Positions 14,246 through 28,030 of a stretch of DNA of 64,000 nucleotides are shown one piece after another. The translations under genes were made by a program, and so were the position numbers. Under the pieces are notes generated by a model, which made no database searches, was not told the origin of the DNA, and saw only the letters and a program-made list of their open reading frames with translations. The stretch lies in assembly GCA_951406725.2 (NCBI GenBank), contig OX597817.1, forward strand, positions 43,834,001-43,898,000, written 5' to 3'. Numbering within the stretch: the stretch's first letter is position 1; every line of letters starts with the position of its first letter. The stretch is from Octopus vulgaris (taxonomy: Eukaryota).

Positions 14246-16337
14246 TGACTCTTAGAAAGTTCAGTAATTCACAGCAGTTGTTTCATTCCAAGTGGGAAAC
14301 ATTCTACTGTGTAATACTGAAATGGAAGTTGTATTCGTTCAGCTGATAAATTTGAGTGTGTGTGAATTAATAAAATACAGTTATCACTTTTTGTGGTAGG
14401 GTATTATGTGGATTCTTATTTTACAGATGTGTAAGCTAAATTAATACAAATTCCATTTCAAAAAAATCCTACAGTACAAGGTTTCTCAATTTCCATTTCC
14501 TATAACAAAATTCTTAGTTAACAAATATTATTCTCTTTCTTTTAGTTGAGATAGTTGTACACCTATTAATTACACACACACACACACTTCAAAAGTGTAT
14601 TTGATATTGAAATGGCTGAATGATATAATTTTGATATGTAGTAATTGCAATTTAAGAAAAAAATATGTAGCATATAATTTTTAATTGATAAAGTAGATTT
14701 ATAATATACACATACAATATATTTGTGAAACTTTCCTTTCATAAAATTAAACAAATTTAGGTTGCATGAAAAATATTAAAAATAGATAATTTGTTTTAAT
14801 AATTCCTATTTAGAATATGTAACTATAATCTGTTTATTATTGTATTTTAAAATAAAGTATGTTTGTTTCTCTGTACTTTGTATGGTTTAATTAGATATTA
14901 AAATTGAAAAAATTGCAAGTTTTCACTAGAAGTGTGCTTTTTCTCTTCATAGTGGCATTACTTCTGATTCTGTTATGTGATATCTATACAATACGTGATA
15001 AACAACAAACAGGAATAGAGTTCTTTTTGCAATGGCATACTTTGCTTATCATAAAAATTGATATAATGGCTCATATTCAAGTAATCAAATGTTATTCAGT
15101 GATGGTAATTACATTGAATCCCTGTTACTTGGAAAATAAAAAAGATGCACACTTAAGAGAAGAATGTAATATTTCTAAAATATCTTCATCAAACTTTGCA
15201 TCCAAGAGATTGATTCATAATGCTTAAGTCTTTATCAAGAATTAGTGTTTTTGTTCCTGGACTTATTACAAAGTTTGGGTAATGATAGTTTGCTGTTGAA
15301 AATAGAACTTCTGTCTTAATGAAGAATGCTATATCACATCTTAATAATTGTGATAATGTCATTTGAGAGATCATTTATATTAAGCAAAGTTCAGATAAAT
15401 TTCTTTTCACTCTGTTTTATTAGTCCATGTTGAATAAGCTTTTAAATTCATGTACCTACTTGCACTACTAAAACAAATTAGAAGCCCTTCCCAATGCTAA
15501 TTATGTCAACATGACATTATTTATCTACAGCTATATTGACTAAAGAAATACATTTTTTAATTCTTATATCTCTAATAGAGGAATATTTCTCAGCTTATCT
15601 ACTTCACCTTAGAGAGAAAATGAAATAAATGATCTTAGTTTAGTCTATATGAAATTCTGAAGAGTTTATTGTTCAGAGGGTATACATTGGTAATAGCACA
15701 GCACTCAGAATTAAGAACTCGTGTGTGTGTGTGTGTGTGTAACTGAGAGAGAGAGAAAGAGAGAGATGTGCAATTGGGAGAGTAAAGTGTATGGTGATAT
15801 GTTAAAAGAGATACAATAAACACAACAAAAAGATAAACCAGGCCCAGAAGATTTTGGCAAGATAGGATCAATTCATCATATGAATAACTATCTTTTGAAT
15901 GTTCCATAGGATGTTAATAACAACTATAGAGCTGGGATAGAATTGATGGCAAATAAGATTTAAGATTATGTGCATGTAAAGAATATATATTCTGTTTATT
16001 AAATTTCAATGTATATGTATGTGCGTATATGACTGTGTAATGGACATGTGTTTTATAAATGCAGATTATATAGTTAATAATTTATGGTTCTATCTATATT
16101 CTACAATTACAAAAAATAAAAAAAAAACAAGCACAAAACAATATTAAGCTTTTAGAAGTATTTTTAAGAAGAAATGAATTTTAAATTTATTTTTCACTAT
16201 ATAAATTGAATGATTGATGTTAAATAACATTTCAAAATAGTTATATGAAGACATAAGGAAAAATCCTTTTTAAATTAATGAAAGTGCTAAATAGTGTAAA
16301 TTTGTTTGAACAGAAGCTATATATAATTATAATATAC

Positions 16338-16402
<65 letters not shown>

Positions 16403-19400
16403 TAATTTATAAACAAATTTATTAGCAGTAATTTGGCACTTATTTTACTAATTAAGTTGGAAAATAGGAACTTCTATCAGGCCTATAATTATCTGCAGTA
16501 TATCTAAAAATTTTGGAGGTTTTGGAGACCGAATGCTTGTTAAATATTTTTTTCCCAAATGTATCAAAGAACAATAGAATAAAATGAATTTTGTATTTTT
16601 AGAAAGAAATGATTAATAGCATATTTCAAAGTGTAAAAAGAAAAAAATAGAAGGAAAGGGGGGAGAAAAATATTTGCTAGTTTGATTTATGATAAATTTT
16701 CAAAATTACTTTGTCATTGATTATAAATAAAAATATTTCAGGAAGCGAGTGAAAGTGTGAAATACATGAGAAATACTAAATCTAAATACCAAAGTAAAAT
16801 CATATAATTATGACTCACTGTTGGAGAATATAGCTGTGACTGCGTTTGCTATAAAATAATTGCTACAGTTCACTAGAATAGGAAGGGAGATGATTGATGC
16901 AGTATTTATAAGTGCCTTGACTATAAATTGAGGAGGACTTTAAAGAATATGTATAATTTATTCTGCTTTAATACCTTATAGAAAACTTAACTGAAGTGAA
17001 AATATGAATTAATGATGCTAATTCATACACACACACTTATAAAAATAGGCTGTAAATGTACATATGCATGCATCTATTTAACTGTCTGTCCATCTGGTTT
17101 TTGTCTATCTATCTATCTTTCTCTTTCTTACTTTATATGTATATGTGCCTATATATATGTATCAATATATGTTGGGTCACTCTCAGTGCTACTGGTAACA
17201 TGTAACCCAGGAAAACTTGCTGCATGACCAGGCCTTTGGTCACTAAACCAGTTACCCTGCTTGGTAAGGAAGATGGTTTTTGTTGGTCACCCAGCAGAAG
17301 AAAAAAAAACTGTCAAAGGGCAGAGAATTCAGTGGAGTCGACTGCCATCTCATAGCTGGGAGTGAGAGAGAGCCGTAATCTCTGCTTAGACATTTCTCTT
17401 AGTTTTAGGAAAACTCTGATGTAACACTTGTGACTTTCTTTGCATTCACTTATGTAAACTAGTTCTTCTTTTGGGGCAATTGCATGCATTGTTCAGAATG
17501 GGACTAGTCCTGTGTAAGGCCTTTCCTCATTTAAAAAAACTTCAGGTATAGGCATCACTTGATTTTTAACATGTTTATTAACATCTATCTCAATATAGTT
17601 GGCATTAGCTTGAAAAAGTAAAAACACTCAATGAAAATTCCATGATAGAATGAAGGCATATGTTGTGTGTGTGGTAGTTGTAAGAGTCATCTTTTGTTGC
17701 TACATCTGTGTAAAAGAGTGTAGATCCCTAGCAAGATTAAAAGGCCACATCTGTGCTGTTCATCATTGCATTGCAGCCATCATGTTATGCATGTACGTAT
17801 GTATGTATGTATGTATGCATGTATACATGCATGTGTGCATGTGTTTTTGTGTGTGTGTGTGTGTGTGCATATGTGTGTGTGTGTGCACGCATGCGTGTGT
17901 ATGAATTATATACTGTATAGAAGTTCATTAATAAATTCTGAGAATAAAAATACATTTCTAAATTTAATGTCTCTCAAGGTCATCTTTTTCATCTTTAATA
18001 GAATGTTAAATATCAAAAATTACGTATTAGGATAAAATATGAAACTGATATAAGAAAGCAGAGTTCCACTTAGGTTTCTGAATTAAAGTTTTTTGATTTT
18101 CAATATTTTGACTGTGTAAAGTATTTTCTTTTGCTGTATGTGCATGCTGCTATTCTTTGGAATTTTTTTGTTATTGTAATATTTTTTTCAGCTGTTCATG
18201 GTTCTTGTGGATAACCAATATGTGAAAGGGTCGTTAATTAATCAAATGTATTCATTTGTGAAACAATTTCATATGTGCTATGAGCTGATATACTTAGACT
18301 TGCATATAATCTTCCAAATTAAAATAAATAATTCCTTGAGTGAGACAGTTTTTAATAATGGTGAATTCAATATATAATTGGTACTGGTTTTATTTAACTG
18401 GTTAGTTGAAGGGTGAAACAGAACGCTATTTTGAAATATGACTATATGAAGAGAGACTAAATTCTGGAAAATAACTATCATCCTGTTAACTGCACTCTAA
18501 ACGTTTGAATATACATCTAGGAAAACATATTTAACAGCCATCTGAAAAGGGCTACTTGAATTTCTCTCATTCTTTCTACTTGTCTCTTTCTTTCTCTTGG
18601 TGTAAAACATTCTAATGATAACGGTGTATCTACCAAATATATTCCTCTATGTAATTAAATGCTTTAGGGATTTCTTCCTTGACTATATCATATCTATTTG
18701 TGTAAATGATGTACCATCAGTTAAAGGTTCCTCAAGTGTCAGTATTTAATCTGACCTTTACTTCTATATCGGTAAACTTTTTCCAATTATCAAATCACAC
18801 CATTTATTCATATGTAAATGCTATTCCCTGTGACTTTGTACTTCTATATCTGATTCTCTCAATGCTGTAATTATCTACATTTTCTATCAATAATTCTATC
18901 TGAAGTTGTGTCATATCCAGGGAAGAAAACTGCCTTAAACATCCTTATTTCTCCTGATTAACACATATTAGGGTTAATATAATCTATAGAGGTTTCTCCT
19001 GGAAATTTCATATTCTCAACTAGATTCAAATGATTTCGATCCTTTACAAGTAAAAAAACAACTATGTTTTGGTTCCTCACAAGGCTTAAATATCCCTCAA
19101 TATGGAGTGCTGTTTTCATATCAGAGATAGTGCACTGCCTTCTAGCACTGACAACATCAAAAGGAAAACAATCTACTTTATAAACCTTCCCTTCAAAGCT
19201 TTCGCTCTTGTTACACCTCATGGTGGCAAAGAAGCTGTCTGTGTCTTATGTCACTATTGTAATGTACTTTGCTATTTAGAGCTTGACAGTTTCAATCAAT
19301 CTTCAATGAACTTATCCAATGTAATTGTTTCTGTGCCCTTTGTTACTAATACATATTATTCTCAAACTGTGCAATCCTTTGATCTAAAGACTGATAATTT

Positions 19401-20049
19401 TTGGGTGTCCTCTCTCAGCCCTTCTTATATAACCCATAAACCCTTTAAGTTTTACAATACTTGTACATGCTTTACACCTGCCTCTGTTTTTCTGATCAGA
19501 GATGAGTCCTTAGATCAAGAGGCTTAGATTAATGCTTTAATTCTTTTTGGATCTAATTTATACACAAATTATTGGCATTAAGTAATGTTATTTCAGAGTT
19601 AGCATATTCTTTCTTTGCTTTCATGTAATTATTTGGGGATTCTTTTTAAATTACAGAAGAAAACTAAACTAAACCACTAAATTAGCTTTTTGAAATTTCA
19701 GTATTATTTTTTTAGTGCAATCTAATGTTGTAGCATGCTATTACAAACACCAAACGTAGCACAAACATATAACACAATTCACTAAAGAGCAACAACAAAG
19801 TTTTACAATAAATATAACAAAACAGTAGAATAAAGCAACATCCATGCACCAATAATTACAAAAAAAAAAGAGAAACAATGCAACAGCATCAATATTCCCA
19901 CCAAAAATATATTTTCCCAGGAAAACTTTAAACTATCATGGTAGGGTTATTTGAAGAATTGAATAAATAAATTAATACTTTTCTGAAGAAGTAAAGTAAG
20001 AGAAAATAAATACTGAAATAATTTTCTTACAACACTCATTATTACTCAC

Positions 20050-20088
20050 CATTTTCTTTTGAGATTATAAAGAAGTAATGTAAAAGGA
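20050..20088 (-). CDS. Nrxn: Candidate 39-nt neurexin SS4 microexon (VLLHYFFIISKEN), or 6 nt if the inner AAG is used
   Basis: atctttatcacag|TCCTTTTACATTACTTCTTTATAATCTCAAAAGAAAATG|gtgagt; strong donor; both possible acceptors preserve frame. Confidence 0.38.
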
Positions 20089-20199
20089 CTGTGATAAAGA
20101 TTTAATTAAAAGAGCTGCTAGTAAATGCATTATTTTCTTCACTTTTATAGTATACAAAATATACTTTTATATTCTTTTAAAATGTGTATGTATGCACAC

Positions 20200-21090
20200 A
20201 CACACACACACACACATTACTTTCATTCTATCATTCTACCTGTGTAACAAGATATTGGATCTGTCTGTATTCAATCTTCCACACACCATCACTTCTTTAC
20301 TGCACTCACTCTTCTCCATTACTATCCCTTCTATCACAAATTACTGACATCCATCACTCTCATTCTCACTCTTTGTTGACATCCATAATTCTCTCTCTTT
20401 CTCTCCTTCTATAATTCTATTTCCTTTTTATTCCCCACTCTTTCAACATCACAGCCAGCACTCATGCTGTTTCTAGTGAAAATCTTATCATGTTTATTAT
20501 TCTTTCTATCTCTCTCTTCTTTTACTTTCTCCTCAACCACTCTCTCCCTAGCACCCTTGTCTTTCATTACTCTCTCTTTCTTTACCTTCTCATTCTTGTC
20601 TGCTTTCATCATTCTCTCTTCTATTGGTCAGGAATGAGGCAAACCTCTGATACTGGTGAATGAATGAAGATAATATAGGGTAGAGAGACTTCTTCCCTGG
20701 GGCAAAGCAATCCTTCTAGAGATGGTGGCATGATAAAACATATCTTGTACATTCTGTGAATGAATGGTGATAATGTAGGGTAGACCTAACTTCTTACTTT
20801 TACTGAGAATATAACAAACAATCTAGTACTACTGTCACAAAAATTATCCCCAGTGCACTCTGTAAAGTAGTTGGTAATAAGAAAGACATCCAATCATAGA
20901 AAATATAGCAAAAAGAGTACATATGAGCAAGATATCATCCCCAAACTACCTAAAAAGAGCTATAACTGCAAATATGAATAGACTCAGTCCTTGATGACCC
21001 ATCCACCCCATGCAAGCATGGAAAAATAGATGTAAAAATGTTGTATTTGCTATTGTTGTAGATAATGATAACAATCATAATGACAATGAT
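20200..21090 (+). mobile_element. Old RTE-related 3' region
   Basis: CT-rich tract, then gcactctgtaaagtagttggtaataagaaagacatcc and atccaccccatgcaagcatggaaaaatagatgt tail. Confidence 0.5.
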
Positions 21091-21720
21091 GATGTGATAA
21101 TGTATAATGAATGCATTTGTGTAAAAATTTTTTAGAAATAACGTTTATAGAGCAGAAAATAGAATCTGTTTTGTCTAATTAGTATGGCCATAATGTAAGT
21201 GTTATATTATTATTCAATTATTTGCTTAGCTAAGAATGAAGTAATAACATATTTGAATGTAAATTTTGATTGAAGATAGATGAGTAAAGATAACTTTATA
21301 AGCAAAACTAATTTCTGTTAGCATCTTAGAATTGTAATAGTAAATAAATTACAATTTCAGAAAGTTTATTGTTACTTTTGAGAATATTTCAGAAAATGTA
21401 GAAATGTTAGGAAAGCAATATATACTTATTTACAGGATCTAAGCAGAGAATGCTGTCAGTAGCAATGACATTTTTATATTTTTACTTTGGAAATGTTGAG
21501 GAATAATTTCTATGTGAAGACAAATGTTTTTAGCTGGGAAAAAATGTAAAATATTTTTCCTCACTGCCCTAGTACTGAAACCTAATCATAGAATATGCTG
21601 TTTTATGATAATGGTATTTAAATTCAAAACAGTTATTTTTATTTTGAAGATAAATACTCTAAACTTTAGAAAAGTAGTCTTAAGTTTTAAAAAGGTATAA
21701 TTATAGATTAATTTTGCTAC

Positions 21721-21786
21721 CTTCTGAATTGTAAAAAATACTGTTGACGTTTTCCACAGTTAAGTTCAATATAAAAGGGAGGAGAT
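21721..21786 (-). CDS. Nrxn: Candidate 66-nt neurexin SS4 cassette exon (DLLPFILNLTVENVNSIFYNSE)
   Basis: ttttctttttcatcttttcaccttttctggaag|ATCTCC...TCAGAAG|gtagca; phase 1-1 and open, but the AAG acceptor and GTAGCA donor are weak. Confidence 0.3.
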
Positions 21787-23835
21787 CTTCCAGAAAAGGT
21801 GAAAAGATGAAAAAGAAAATTAAATGAATAAACCAAAGCAAGGAAACTGGCATGCAAGTTCATGAGGTGGCAAGACAAAGCATGAAAACTTGGTGACATG
21901 AGCATTTTTCTATTGAGAATAATAAACAGTGACAGCAACAACGAAAGACATTATATTTGATATTGTTTTTGAGACAGTGCATTTGATGGTAAAATTAGCT
22001 CAGAGATATAGAAGTATATCATGATTTTTTTTTTCATATTTTATAACTTTCTGCATCTATGAAAGAAAGCTCCTGAAGATGAAATCATAGGCTTATTCCA
22101 AAATTTTTGTAGAACTAATTGTCAAGCTAAAACTATAATAATGATTGAGCTCTAAAGAACAATGTAGGTAACAATCCCTAAGACAAAATGAAAATAAAAT
22201 TGTTTAAGTTCAATAGTATACAAAAATAAAATAAACTATAATAAATGAATAAAAAGAAAATCTAGTCAGTGAACAATTTATCATCACATTGAAACAGTAA
22301 CTTATTGTAATCTATGTGAATTTTAACATTATTAGAATTAATTGTTTTTCCAGTATTTACCATACTTTTTTAAAATTGAAAACACAAAATTGTTTTTCTC
22401 AACATCATCAAACTTTTAGAATATGAAATAATCACTATAACAACTTTTCTAAATGTAGAGAAATTCGATTTCAGTAACTAAGTCAAGTAATCTATTGACA
22501 CCAAAGAAAAAATTTTGAGCATCTTCAAATTATTGAATGTGAATACATTAGCCTTTCTTAGTTAAAAAAAGGTCTTTATAGATATATTTACTATCTTCCT
22601 TCTGTAACTGTTAATAGGGTAATATTAAAATCTTTGTTTCCCCTATAATGTTGAATGAACTATTTAGCTTGACTGAGTGCAACTTTCTTGAGTTGATGAT
22701 TCAAGCTACAAATAAAATATGAAATAACTTGTAATCAGCCCTGCAGAGTAGACTTGGTTTCCTGAGGGCTTAAAACCATTTTGTGGTGCATACTGCAAAT
22801 ACTTGATTTATTAAACAAAAATAAAAAGTCAGCTTTATCATATTAACCAAAGCTAGCCAAATAAATCCAATTTATTCTGTCATTTGTATAACTATGATGA
22901 GAAAAATGTTGTTTAAGAGGAATGTAAAAACTCAGTGTAATATTTTAGATTGCAGTTGTGAGGCTTGTAGTAATGTTTCATGCAATGACAGTTGCCTAAC
23001 TATTGGAGATTGCTATTGCTTGTAACTAGTGAAATGGCTATGTAACATCAATCACTTTAAAGATATGATATAACAACAACATAGACATAAACGTTAAGAA
23101 TTGCCAATGATAAAATTTGACTAGAGAAATACAGAGGAAAGTATAACCTCATTAAAATCCAGTACAAAGGTGTCAAACAGCTTTATTTCAGACAGCCTTT
23201 CTTGATTGTGAAAAAGCTCGACATGTCTTAATATCTTCTGGAAGTTAAAGAGTATCAAATTTAGTAATGATAGGCTGAAGAAAGGCCTTTTATCACTGTG
23301 TGTTGGAGTTGATTTTTATGAACTCAGTTTGTTATCATCCTCACATAAAAATCTAGAAAAAGTAGTGATCAATACTGAAAAGATTATTGGTACTGCTACT
23401 CTACTCAACCTACAAGATATTTATTGTACATGAGTACTCTTCCATCCTCTACACTTTACCAGTGAAACAAGCAATTCTGCTTGAAGCTATTCATTCTAAT
23501 TCATTCAGAGTTAAGTGATGTACATATTCAGAATGGTCCCTTATTTAGAAAAATATTTGTATAAAACTGACATGCTGTGTCTTGTTGCTTTCCATTAATA
23601 TAATTAATTACTACAAACTATGCTATTCTGTATCTAAAACAGTATTTCAGGGTATGTAGCATGTTACTTGATTAGTAAGAAGTGTCTGATCTTAAATCTC
23701 AGGACTACACAAAATTGAGTCTAAGTTGAACTGAGAAAGTGATATAAGGTTTGAAGCTTCTGTAGGAAATGATATCAATTAATCTGTAATGATTTTACTT
23801 TTTAGAAATATGTATATTTAGGAAACAAAAGCACA

Positions 23836-23871
23836 ATAATAATAATAATAATGATAATAATAATAATAATG

Positions 23872-23923
<52 letters not shown>

Positions 23924-24154
23924 TAATAATAATCCTTTTTACTATAGGCACAAGGCTGGGAATTTGAGGGGAGAGATAAGTCAATGACATCGACCCCAGT
24001 ACTCAACTGGTACTTAATTTATCAACCCCGAAAGGATGAAAGGTAGAGTTGACCGCAGTGGAATTTGAACTCACAATATAAAGACGGAGGAAATGTTGCT
24101 AAGCATCTCGCCCAGCATTCTATAATAATAATAATAATAATAGTAGTAGTAGTA

Positions 24155-24188
<34 letters not shown>

Positions 24189-24231
24189 TAATAATAATAA
24201 TAGTAGTAGTAGTAGTAATAATAATAACAAC

Positions 24232-24265
<34 letters not shown>

Positions 24266-24400
24266 GTAATAATAATAATGATAATAATAATAGTAATAAT
24301 AATAATAATAATAATAGTAATAATGAGAATGATGGTGTTACTACTACTACTACTACCACCACCACCACCATCACTACTACAAATGATGATAATATTAATG
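23836..24400. repeat. Compound (AAT/AGT/ACT/ACC)n microsatellite interrupted by a SINE
   Basis: Direct reading; source of the poly-I/L/Y ORFs. Confidence 0.95.
23933..24120 (-). mobile_element. Young copy of the SINE-like repeat embedded in (AAT)n
   Basis: Reverse complement of the 4822 unit (cgaccccagtactcaactggtac...cccgaaaggatgaaagg...ggaatttgaactc), retains CpGs, long AAT tracts on both sides. Confidence 0.8.
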
Positions 24401-24786
24401 AGTTCTTTATTATCAAATGGATGATTATTACAAAATGGCAGGATCTTCACAATGAATGCAATGAAAATGTACAATAAATAAATAAATAAATAAATGAATA
24501 GATAATAAATAAATAACTATACTATTTATTTAAATAAAATGTAAGGATATTTATATTGAAATGGTCCCAACAGTGAGACATCAACCAAGGATTAATCCCA
24601 CAGATTACTCTGATATCTTCTTGTTATGGTCTCTGGTTTAGAATTCTATGTTTAAAGAAGGCGCATTGAACTAGGTTTTACTTGCCACTAAAAATGGTGG
24701 CACTACTGCTAAAATTGATGGGAATACTAGTGTCTTTATGATACTGGAATAGGTAAGAGTAGTGGTATTAGCGTACCAGTAGCAAC

Positions 24787-24820
<34 letters not shown>

Positions 24821-25729
24821 ACAAAAACAATGACAAGAACACAAGCTTAATAAGTGAGGAATTAATAGGGTGGTAGCTGATAAGCAAAAACAAAAATGTC
24901 AAAATATTATTGTGATGACCAAACGAATATATAAGTATCTTTTCAAAAGAACTCTTGACCAACAGAAGTTAGATCTTAAAAACATTTATGTAAAATATCA
25001 AAGGAAGAGTAGTGGTAATTATTCTGCTATTTTAAGTACAAAACATAGATAAAAGTATTATCTATCAAAAGGAGTATGTTTTGAAGTTAAATTATGTATT
25101 AAAACTTTCAGAAATTTCCATAAGAATTAGGTCCAATAGATGTAAAATAAATAGTAAATACAACCTCAGCTTTTGACACTAAACTATAAAATCTTACAAT
25201 AGAATATAAAATTGTAAAATTTCATCCATTTAACTAAGGAAGTAGAATAATTAGATATTGTTTTTTTCTAATGCTATTATCATTTATTCACTATTTTCCT
25301 AACAAAAATACTATTTATTTTAAAATTATGTACTAATCTTTATAAACGTAATTTTATTCAATAAACATTATAAGTGGTTTTTAATGCAAACACCTTATGG
25401 TCAATCTATATTTTTTAGTTTAATTATTTTTACTTTCCAAGTATTCTATGAAACACCTAAAGAAATCATTGCTTCTTGTTGAATTTATGATAACACAGAA
25501 TTATGACTACACAACAGGAAATGGCAAAATGCCGTTAAAGACAGTGGTTATAAGATTACAACAAGATACACATTTGACTTCTTATAAAAATATGATGCAC
25601 ACTAATAAATGTACAAGAGTTGTTTCACTCATTGTGAGTAACAAACAAGAATGAAAGTTAGTATATAGAATAATTTCAGTAATTAGCACAGAAGGGATAG
25701 CAAGGAATGGGACTATGTATGTGAATGTG

Positions 25730-25730
<1 letters not shown>

Positions 25731-25792
<62 letters not shown>

Positions 25793-25797
25793 GTATG

Positions 25798-25890
<93 letters not shown>
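25731..25890. repeat. (TA)n microsatellite
   Basis: Direct reading. Confidence 0.95.
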
Positions 25891-25892
<2 letters not shown>

Positions 25893-26419
25893 AGCTGCCG
25901 GATTTCTTGTCTTCATTGGTGTTTCCTTATTTTTTTAATGGTGCTGCATTTCTTTGTAGTTACAGTTTTTCTGTGGGTCTGGATTTTCTTCATGGCTTGA
26001 GAACAGCTTTGCAGTCCATGATTGCCTGCTTCTTTAAAATAGTTACACATGATGATCATGGAAACCTAGATACAGATCTTAAGAACCAGAGTACAATACT
26101 ACCACTATGAACATTTCTTAAATTGTAAAAGTGATTGGAATAGCATAGAAAAATAAAATACACTGAGGTATAATAGATATCACTGGTATTTATTATAAAA
26201 AGTAAAGTAAAAAATACTATTTTCAATCACAACTAATACCTATGGAAATATAGTGAAGAGATATAAAAATAAATTCTATGGAGAAAAGATAGTTCAGAAA
26301 CATTCAAACTACGAGCTTATTGGACTGAAACTAATGGAAGATATTTAAAACCATTCTTAAAATAAAGATTTTATTTTTACAAACTAATTTTTCAATCCAC
26401 TATGATTTAATACTGAAAC

Positions 26420-26582
26420 TTATGACATATATATATATATGTGTGTGTGCGTGCATGTGTGTGTATTTGTACATGCATGTAAAGCAAATATACATATAAT
26501 ATGCATTATATATATATACATATATATAAATAAATATAAATATATATGTATTATATATGTATATATATTATAAATATGTATT

Positions 26583-26617
<35 letters not shown>

Positions 26618-26717
26618 CATATATTTGTTATATGTATTATATATATATTTTATATATTATATATATATTATGTATGTATTATATAATATATATATATATA
26701 TACACACACATATTTTC

Positions 26718-26751
<34 letters not shown>

Positions 26752-27098
26752 GTATTTTCATATATATATACATATATATTATCAGCATCATCACCAGCAG
26801 TTATGTCTGCTTTCCATGCTGACATGGATTGGATATGTTATCAAGGTCCAAACCAGTTATTACTCTCCTAGTCAAGTCAAAGAGCCAACTTTGATATAGT
26901 TTCTATGGCTGGATGCTCTTCCTAATGTTAACCACTTTACAGAGTTTACTGTGTCCTTTTATCATGGCATCAACACTAGAGGTCGCATGACTTTGAGTAA
27001 TGGCGCTTTCACTCCTTTTGCATCTCCATTCATTCAAAGCCTTGTGACTAAGGGAAGTAAATAGAGGATAGAGAGAGAGATGACAGAAGAAGTAATTA

Positions 27099-27160
<62 letters not shown>

Positions 27161-27265
27161 TGTATAAGTATAAATAAATATAGATATATATATATGTGTG
27201 TACATATATATGTATATATATATACGCACACATATATATATGTGGTATACACATACACAAATATT
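26420..27265. repeat. TA/CA/GT-rich low-complexity region including (GT)n at ~27103-27160
   Basis: Direct reading. Confidence 0.85.
26783..27075 (-). mobile_element. Decayed RTE 3'UTR-related fragment
   Basis: tgtctgctttccatgctgacatgg and ggctggatgctcttcctaatgttaaccac motifs shared with 42730-42870. Confidence 0.6.
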
Positions 27266-27449
27266 TTTGACTAAAAAGTATCAAAGGAACAATTGATTCA
27301 AGTACAGTAGATTATTTTAAAAATTTATTTAAGGGGAAACTGTAAATAAGTGGAAAATGCATCACTAGTGTGGCTACATATACATGTGTGTGTGTGCGTG
27401 CATGTATATGTGTCTGAATATAAATATTATTATTATTATTATTATTATT

Positions 27450-27972
27450 GAGTGAGAGAGCAGTGCATGCCATAAAGTGACTTTGAGGTACAATTATATA
27501 ATGCTCAATATACCCACCAGGCACATGCATCATAACCACATGTCTGCAACATGGTGATCTTATATCAATATAAACAGTGCATGACCTTGCAGGTGGGGTC
27601 CAGTTAGAATTTTCTTCAGGTTGAGTAGCCCATCCCACTCAAAAGGTCCCCGAATAAGGTTTGTTTAAGGATGATGAATGAAGCAGCCATGTTTCCAGAG
27701 GTGAATTATTCAAACCACAAAGAATTCCTCAACACATGGTTATGATGCTCCGCTACTACTTCTGTTCGTGACTAGAGATGCACATATCCTCAGCCATGAA
27801 CAGACATGCTCAGTTGGTTAAGGTCAAACTGCTGACAAACAAATCTGTTGTATTGAGCAGGATATTTATGTAGCCCATCTTTTATACCAAGACAAAACAA
27901 TGTATATGATATCACTTCCAATGAGTTAAGGTCAGAAGCCATGTGAGCCACTGCCTGGTACTGCATCAGGGC

Positions 27973-27975
<3 letters not shown>
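27450..27975. mobile_element. ~525-bp non-coding interspersed element inserted within an (ATT)n microsatellite
   Basis: Sharp transition from (ATT)n into GC-richer unique sequence (gagtgagagagcagtgcatgcc...ctgcatcagggcatt) and back into (ATT)n; no convincing ORF. Confidence 0.55.

Positions 27976-28030
<55 letters not shown>

Noticed and set aside
18200-19560. Possible decayed LINE RT on the minus strand and the 141-aa plus ORF
   Set aside because: Only faint motif hints; family and boundaries could not be supported.
23802-24474. Poly-I/L/Y ORFs
   Set aside because: Translations of trinucleotide microsatellites.
26236-26270. AG|GT junction (also ~46027 and ~52594) as a recursive splice site
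   Set aside because: Regenerated donors (GTATTA, GTATAG, GTATAT) are weak and expected by chance in AT-rich DNA.
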